Shown: positions 57,007-64,000 of the stretch, in pieces | Position numbering within the stretch: position 1 is the stretch's first letter | How the letters are laid out: each line of letters begins with the position of its first letter | Translations under genes and position numbers: made by a program | Assembly: GCA_002430725.1 (NCBI GenBank) | Contig: DJCU01000001.1 | Coordinates: 9,639-73,638 of the forward strand | Reading direction: 5' to 3' | Source of the DNA: Candidatus Gottesmanbacteria bacterium UBA5942 | GTDB taxonomy: Bacteria; Patescibacteriota; Microgenomatia; UBA10105; UBA927 | DNA: 64,000 bases | Notes under the pieces: generated by a model | Told to the model about the DNA's origin: nothing | Seen by the model: only the letters and a program-made list of their open reading frames with translations | Databases searched by the model: none

Positions 57007-57501
57007 ATGGATATTTTATACCACGCGCTTACTGGTATAGCGATTTCCAAAAGTATGGGTGGCTCTGACCCTGCACTTGCTGCAGTTGCTGCAATACTCC
57101 CCGATATTGTCGGAGCTACCCCTTTTTACTACTATAAATTTCGACAGGCACTTGCATCCCCTCCCACAGCATTTCCCAGATTACTCTTTACGCTTCTTAC
57201 CTCAAATAAATTTTCGAACGCGATTGATGCAGCAAGTTACCGGATAACACACTCACTATTTGCTGCACTCGGGGTAGCAATACTCGCCTATTTTGTATAT
57301 CCCAACTCGTGGATCATCATATCGCTTTCGTACCTTTCCCATATTTTGATCGATATCCCCACGCATGAAGGTGATTTTGCCACCCGTATATGTTACCCAT
57401 GGGATATGCACACGCGCTTGGGTAAAAACTGGTCAACGAATTGGCAGGTATCTCTCGCATTTTGGCTCTACTTAGGAAGTGTCTATCTTGTTATCGGCTA
57501 A
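57007..57501 (+). CDS. Membrane metal-dependent hydrolase (YdjM-like)
   Basis: HALTG, LPD, THSL and SHILID motifs. Confidence 0.78.
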   Translation: MDILYHALTGIAISKSMGGSDPALAAVAAILPDIVGATPFYYYKFRQALASPPTAFPRLLFTLLTSNKFSNAIDAASYRITHSLFAALGVAILAYFVYPNSWIIISLSYLSHILIDIPTHEGDFATRICYPWDMHTRLGKNWSTNWQVSLAFWLYLGSVYLVIG

Positions 57502-58130
57502 CTTTTTTTTGCAAATACCGATATCCATGTTTCAGGAGGTCGCTCACTGTTTCTCTCATGCTGATCCCATGTATACATGTCGGTGACAACAAATCCTGCG
57601 TTCACTAACAAACTCCTGAGTTCTGAGACGGAGTAGTACGTAAAAAATCTCTGGTCACCCTGTATGGTGCTACTTATTGCCATTTTCTCTCCCTCTCCTT
57701 CTTTAAGAAGCAGAAACAATATGCCTTCGGGCGTTATCAATCGCTCGAATTTCTGTAACACCGGTAATATTTCTTTCCGCTTGAGGTGAAGAAGTGACGC
57801 ACACGCCCAAATCCCATCAAACGATGTATTGAGCTTGATCGCGCGCAAGTCCATATTATGGAACGTCACGTTCGCTTCCGCGTGTTCGTTGGCGTACGAA
57901 AGAAGTGTATCGGATAAATCGATGCCAGTGACCGTAAACCCCTTGGATGCAAAATAATTTGCGTCTCTTCCCGACCCGCACCCGGCATCCAAAATATTGC
58001 CGCCTGATTTTACGAAAGAGATAAATTTCTCGCGTTCAGGAACAGGCGCGTACCGCTGGGCTTTCGCAATATACTCAGGCGCGGTTTTGTTGTAGGTAGT
58101 TATGGTCGTTTGCAGATACGCATCTTGCAT
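57498..58130 (-). CDS. Class I SAM-dependent methyltransferase
   Basis: ILDAGCGSGRD, GIDLS, FDGIWACASLLH. Confidence 0.92.
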   Translation of the reverse strand: MQDAYLQTTITTYNKTAPEYIAKAQRYAPVPEREKFISFVKSGGNILDAGCGSGRDANYFASKGFTVTGIDLSDTLLSYANEHAEANVTFHNMDLRAIKLNTSFDGIWACASLLHLKRKEILPVLQKFERLITPEGILFLLLKEGEGEKMAISSTIQGDQRFFTYYSVSELRSLLVNAGFVVTDMYTWDQHERNSERPPETWISVFAKKS

Positions 58131-58146
58131 ATGTATAAGTATACTC

Positions 58147-58170
58147 AAAGCCCTGGTTTCCCAGGGCTTT
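58147..58170 (-). terminator. Intrinsic terminator of groES-groEL
   Basis: Perfect inverted repeat AAAGCCCTGG-TTTC-CCAGGGCTTT, 36 nt after the groEL stop. Confidence 0.8.
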
Positions 58171-58206
58171 AAAGTTAATACAATCTATTTCATTGTTAGG
58201 AGTTGG

Positions 58207-59874
<1,668 letters not shown>

Positions 59875-59892
59875 CTAATAAAATTTATAAAT

Positions 59893-60207
59893 TTATTCGA
59901 CTATTGCCAAAATATCTTTTTGTTCAACGATCATCCAGTCCTGCCCTTCAACCTTAATTTCGTTTCCTCCCCATTTTTTGTACATGACTTTCTGACCGAC
60001 TTTCACGACCATCTCTCCTTTGCAGCAGGAGTCTTTTTCATCGCCACACGCACAAACTGCGCCATCGCCAACAGCCATGACCTCGCCCATTTGTGGTTTT
60101 TCTTTTGCGCTATCGGGAAGTACTAACCCTGAGGGTAACTTTTGTTCAGCCTCCAAAGGCTTAATGAGAACATTATCAAACAACGGCGTAATGGTTTTTT
60201 TTGCCAT
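59893..60207 (-). CDS. groS: Co-chaperonin GroES
   Basis: PLFDNVLI, SGLVLPDSAKEKP, GEVMAVGDG, DILAIVE. Confidence 0.96.
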   Translation of the reverse strand: MAKKTITPLFDNVLIKPLEAEQKLPSGLVLPDSAKEKPQMGEVMAVGDGAVCACGDEKDSCCKGEMVVKVGQKVMYKKWGGNEIKVEGQDWMIVEQKDILAIVE

Positions 60208-60258
60208 AACTTGCCTCCTTTTTATAAAATGCGACTGCAGAGCTGTTTTGCTAAAAAA

Positions 60259-60312
60259 CTAGCAGTCTTTTGAAGTGACTGCTATTTTATCGGTGGTAAA
60301 AAATCTTGTCAA
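60259..60312 (-). promoter_or_regulatory. Variant CIRCE operator and groES promoter
   Basis: CTAGCAGTC-N9-GACTGCTAT (60259-60285); TTGACA (60312-60307), 17 nt, TAAAAT (60289-60284). Confidence 0.85.
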
Positions 60313-61192
60313 GGGGGATATCCGACTGCTGAAGCCGAAGGGCGTACTTTTCTCGCACCCATTTACGCGCATCGTTAGGATGAAACCGTATCATACCATA
60401 TTCTATTACCTCACTTGTCCGTCTCTTTCGCATGTACACCCGTTGTACGAAAGATGCGACAGGCTCTAGTAATGCTATAGCACCTTGTAGCCACGTCAGT
60501 ACATTGATCCTCGATTTTTTGTCGCTTCGCACCATGCCACGAATTTTATCGTGCCACGCGTTTGGAAAAAAATGCTTCACCCACCGATTTGCGGACAAAA
60601 ACCGCTGATACACCCCTTCCCTCTCCCACAGCGGCACCATCTGCAACACCTCGTGCGCGGCAAAAAAATCCCGCTCGTTCCGAGGTAGCGAAAGCGCATC
60701 TTCTGCCATAAACATGTTGAGGCATATTTTATTTTTCACCCGCCTGTCTCCCGGCCTTCTACGCATCCCCAATATCTCAGCGACAAAGGTCACGAGACTT
60801 CGGGTTAACCACAGAGTATTTTTTCGCGAGACAAAAAATAAATCGATATCGTCACCTTCTTTGGCATTTTCCACAGCCAACCCACCCGTCACTCCTACAA
60901 GAAGAAGTGTCGGGATGATCCTGAACAGTCGCGAAGCTGCGTGTATCCGGCGCCATTTGAAAACCGCACTTTTTTGCCGCAATTGTCTGATATGCACCAA
61001 ACTTTTTCGTTTGGGTAAGCACACATACTCAATACCTGCTTTCTTTGATATATCCAAACCAGTAAGTGAGGAAGGTACTCGATCAATACCCCCCACCGCC
61101 CACAACCGTATCTCATCCCGAGTTAACGGAAAATCAAAAACATCTGCGTACGCCACAGCGGCAAAAACTTTTTGAAGGCGCGTGAATTTCAT
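60287..61192 (-). CDS. Hypothetical protein with a Pol-beta-type nucleotidyltransferase motif
   Basis: VGVTGGLAVENAKEGDDIDLFFV resembles hG[GS]x(9-13)DhD; N-terminal YADVFDFPLT. Confidence 0.65.
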   Translation of the reverse strand: MKFTRLQKVFAAVAYADVFDFPLTRDEIRLWAVGGIDRVPSSLTGLDISKKAGIEYVCLPKRKSLVHIRQLRQKSAVFKWRRIHAASRLFRIIPTLLLVGVTGGLAVENAKEGDDIDLFFVSRKNTLWLTRSLVTFVAEILGMRRRPGDRRVKNKICLNMFMAEDALSLPRNERDFFAAHEVLQMVPLWEREGVYQRFLSANRWVKHFFPNAWHDKIRGMVRSDKKSRINVLTWLQGAIALLEPVASFVQRVYMRKRRTSEVIEYGMIRFHPNDARKWVREKYALRLQQSDIPLDKIFYHR

Positions 61193-61204
61193 GCCTATAT
61201 GTAT

Positions 61205-62773
61205 TTATGGGGCAGGACTGATTTCCGGTTCACTTGTTAAGCCGTATGAAGACAACACTTGTCGAAATCCAGCGGCCATCGTGGTTAATACCTGTGTCGG
61301 AGATCCTCCAGTAACCATACCGTTTACTGCGTCAGTAGCATACTGGATAAGCTTATCGTTGAGACCATTATCGTACGTGCGTGATGCCATCGGAAATGAT
61401 CGGGCGTATACCGCCTGCTTCACAAACGCCCCTAAGTAGGGGTCTTCCGCGATACTATTTGCCAACTCTACCCGCGCGTATGGCTCACCAAACAGCCGAC
61501 TTTTCGAGGCTTCAGTGTAAAGCTTTGTCGCACCTTCAGCACTCGTCATATATTTTACGAATTCCCATGCTGCTTCCTGATTGGGACTCCGAGAAGAAAC
61601 TCCCTCTACCCAATATGACGCCCACGCTACCGCGTTCCCCTGTAACTGCGGTGCCGGCACGATGTGAAACCGCAACTGCGGGTTAAGTTGTGCTATCTCA
61701 TGTGCGCGCCACGAAGGCGCGAGTATCATCGCCACTCTGCCATTTGCAAACGCGGAAATTGAGTTGTCCATCCCATCACTCCAGGTATACAGCGGGTCAG
61801 AGGTATCTGAAAATTTTCGATAAAAGATAAGCGTTCCCTCGGCTTCTTTCCCTACAGGATTTGCGATAGACGCGCCATTTTGCAAAAACATAAGCGCCAA
61901 TATGTCGCTGAAGTGTTCTACATTATTGGTAGTTCCCAACGCGATCGTAGACGTCACGATGGCAGTACCGTTTTTGACCGTAAGCTTGGGAATAAGATTG
62001 ATAACATCTGTCCATGTCGAAGGCTCGCTCACTCCCGCTGTTGCAAACAATGCGTCATTTATATACAAGCCCAAACCGTCCATCATGAGCGGCAATCCAA
62101 ATATAGAAGTGCCTGCGACTAAGTCGTTACTCGCTACCGGAAAAAACGCGGTCGTAAATTCAGCTGGTGTCATAACAGTGGGAGGAACTAATGCTAGTTG
62201 ACTACGCAACATCGGAATCCATGTATTGTGAAAACGGAATATATCCGGGCCTTCTCCACGATTAATAGCAGATTGTAATCGCTCACGATACTGTTTGGGT
62301 GATTGTTGGGTGTATTGTATTTTGACTCCTGGATGCGTGGCTTCATATTCTGCGATAAACTGACGAGTTACTTCATCGTTTTCCCACAAACTCCAATAAT
62401 TAAGCGTGACTTCTTTCGTAGATGTCGTTCCTCCTCCGCTCACCCGTCCCCATATAAACCATCCCAATAGCCCAACGAGTAATAAGCCAAATAACAAAAG
62501 GAATATTTTTACGAACGGCTTTCTGGATGAGTCTTCCGGTGACGTGCCATCTGCTGTAGGCACTTGCACGTTGGGTATAAACGGATTTTGAAATGAAGTG
62601 CTCGGATTTGCTTGCGCAGTTCCTGCTGCATCGGGCGGTGGGACAACTATCGTATCCGGCTGCTCAACGGGAGCCTGATAAATTGGCTCAGCCATGCCAA
62701 TACCTCCCGCGGGGGCGGGTGTCTCAGGTGGCACACTTGGTGTTTCAGGCGATGATGGGTCTTGGGAAACCAT
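61205..62773 (-). CDS. Family 1 (sugar-type) extracellular solute-binding protein, TM-anchored
   Basis: LNYWSLW, GEGPDIF, GLPLMMDGLGLYIN, FANGRVAM, AAWEFVKYM; ~85 aa Pro-rich N-terminus, then one TM. Confidence 0.87.
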   Translation of the reverse strand: MVSQDPSSPETPSVPPETPAPAGGIGMAEPIYQAPVEQPDTIVVPPPDAAGTAQANPSTSFQNPFIPNVQVPTADGTSPEDSSRKPFVKIFLLLFGLLLVGLLGWFIWGRVSGGGTTSTKEVTLNYWSLWENDEVTRQFIAEYEATHPGVKIQYTQQSPKQYRERLQSAINRGEGPDIFRFHNTWIPMLRSQLALVPPTVMTPAEFTTAFFPVASNDLVAGTSIFGLPLMMDGLGLYINDALFATAGVSEPSTWTDVINLIPKLTVKNGTAIVTSTIALGTTNNVEHFSDILALMFLQNGASIANPVGKEAEGTLIFYRKFSDTSDPLYTWSDGMDNSISAFANGRVAMILAPSWRAHEIAQLNPQLRFHIVPAPQLQGNAVAWASYWVEGVSSRSPNQEAAWEFVKYMTSAEGATKLYTEASKSRLFGEPYARVELANSIAEDPYLGAFVKQAVYARSFPMASRTYDNGLNDKLIQYATDAVNGMVTGGSPTQVLTTMAAGFRQVLSSYGLTSEPEISPAP

Positions 62774-62801
62774 AGTAATGTAGGGTACAATGTATCATAA
62801 C

Positions 62802-64000
62802 ATGAGAGATAATCCCGCGGTAAGTACATCGACTCCCAAGGCATCATTTGCCACCCTCCGCAACATCGGCATAGGCATAGTATTGCTACTCATCTCTGGA
62901 GCTATCGGGCTTTCTGCGTATGACGCGTACTATGAAGGAAAAGTGTACCCCAATGTCACGATAGACGGAGTTTCATTCGGAGGAAAAACGCCCGCAGATG
63001 TCGAGAATTATTGGAGTCGCCAAAACATACCATTTGCAAACGCGGTGTTTGAATTCAAATACGAAAACGAGTCCGCGAGTATTTCAGGGGCAGCGCTTGA
63101 TTTAGGCTATGACGCGACACTATCTGCTGCCCAAGCGTATGCGGTTGGACGATCGGGAAATTTTTTGGGTGACCTTATGACGAAATTCTTCCGAGGGACT
63201 ATCAGCCTTACGCCATACTTCCGATGGAAAACTGACCTTGTGACTGAGGCGGTAACAAATCTTTCCTCCCGCATCGACATTCCGGTGCAGGAGGCGTTGT
63301 TTAAATTTGCAAACGGACGGGTGACGACATTTCGAGCATCCAAAAGCGGTCTACAGGTAAACCGAGAAGAAACATTTGCTCGGTTTGAAGCAGCGGTCAA
63401 AGCGCTCCCCCACGCACCGCTCTATCACATTGTCATTAACCTTCCCGTCTACGTCATGGAACCCGAGGCAACCACCGAAAAAGTAAATTCATTTGGCATA
63501 AAAGAACTAATTGGTCGTGGATATTCTGAATTTCAAGGCTCGATACCAGGAAGAATTCATAACGTTGCACTTGCAGCCTCCCGCATCAATGGCGTGTTGA
63601 TACCTCCGGGGGACACATTTTCCTTTAACGATGCCATTGGTGATATATCAGCTGCCACCGGTTACCAATCTGCATATATTATTAAAGAAGGTCGTACCGT
63701 TTTGGGTGATGGCGGAGGTGTCTGTCAGGTAAGCTCTACTATGTTTCGTGCTGCATTAAACGCTGGCCTTCCCATCGTTGAGCGTCAAGCACATGCCTAC
63801 CGCGTACATTACTACGAAGAAGGTGGATTTAAACCGGGCTTAGATGCGACCGTTTTTTCACCCAGTGTCGATCTTAAAATCAAAAACGATACACCAGCAC
63901 ACATCCTTATCCAGACTACGACAGATACCAAAAATCTTACCCTTACGCTTGAGCTTTACGGCACCCATGACGGAAGAAGTAGCGAAATTTACGATCACAT
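62802..64000 (+). CDS. VanW-family protein with peptidoglycan-binding domains (3' end runs off the window)
   Basis: Not in the ORF track. Manual translation MRDNPAV..TM..KVYPNVTIDGV; later RIHNVALAASRINGVLIPPGDTFSFN..GDGGGVCQVSSTMFRAALNAG. Confidence 0.9.
   Translation, partial: MRDNPAVSTSTPKASFATLRNIGIGIVLLLISGAIGLSAYDAYYEGKVYPNVTIDGVSFGGKTPADVENYWSRQNIPFANAVFEFKYENESASISGAALDLGYDATLSAAQAYAVGRSGNFLGDLMTKFFRGTISLTPYFRWKTDLVTEAVTNLSSRIDIPVQEALFKFANGRVTTFRASKSGLQVNREETFARFEAAVKALPHAPLYHIVINLPVYVMEPEATTEKVNSFGIKELIGRGYSEFQGSIPGRIHNVALAASRINGVLIPPGDTFSFNDAIGDISAATGYQSAYIIKEGRTVLGDGGGVCQVSSTMFRAALNAGLPIVERQAHAYRVHYYEEGGFKPGLDATVFSPSVDLKIKNDTPAHILIQTTTDTKNLTLTLELYGTHDGRSSEIYDH

Overview
Gene-dense (~65 CDS) bacterial chromosome segment, genetic code 11. 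The gene content points to Patescibacteria/CPR, probably Microgenomates (inference): shortened IF-2, MetRS and HrcA, a stripped nusA-infB-DHH-rpsO-pnp operon, a protease-less Lon, and many Pro/Thr-rich membrane-anchored proteins. Housekeeping blocks are alaS (partial), rodZ-like/ftsK/rnj/lon-like/pnp/rpsO/infB/nusA, hrcA-grpE-dnaK-dnaJ and groES-groEL (both with CIRCE operators), tpiA, pcrA, an AddA/AdnA-like helicase-nuclease, rmuC, metG and tatD. Envelope genes include murJ, LCP, two FemAB transferases, GT2/GT-C/WecA-like/UbiA glycosylation genes, an M23 peptidase and VanW. I saw no tRNA, rRNA, CRISPR array or mobile element. The most interesting signal is a family of six surface proteins, five of them around pilN-pilO (25.5-34.7 kb) and one at 1.5 kb. 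They share an N-terminal TM helix followed by an R-x-[RK]-A-like motif, and three carry a C-terminal [TMI]P[VT][AS]G + TM sorting-like signal, suggesting a lineage-specific export/anchoring system. Other observations: near-leaderless -10 boxes 6-10 nt before many ATGs, promoter-proximal terminator hairpins, several apparent pseudo-enzymes, a Cys-rich GroES and a structured intergenic RNA candidate. All calls come from reading the sequence; no database searches were run.
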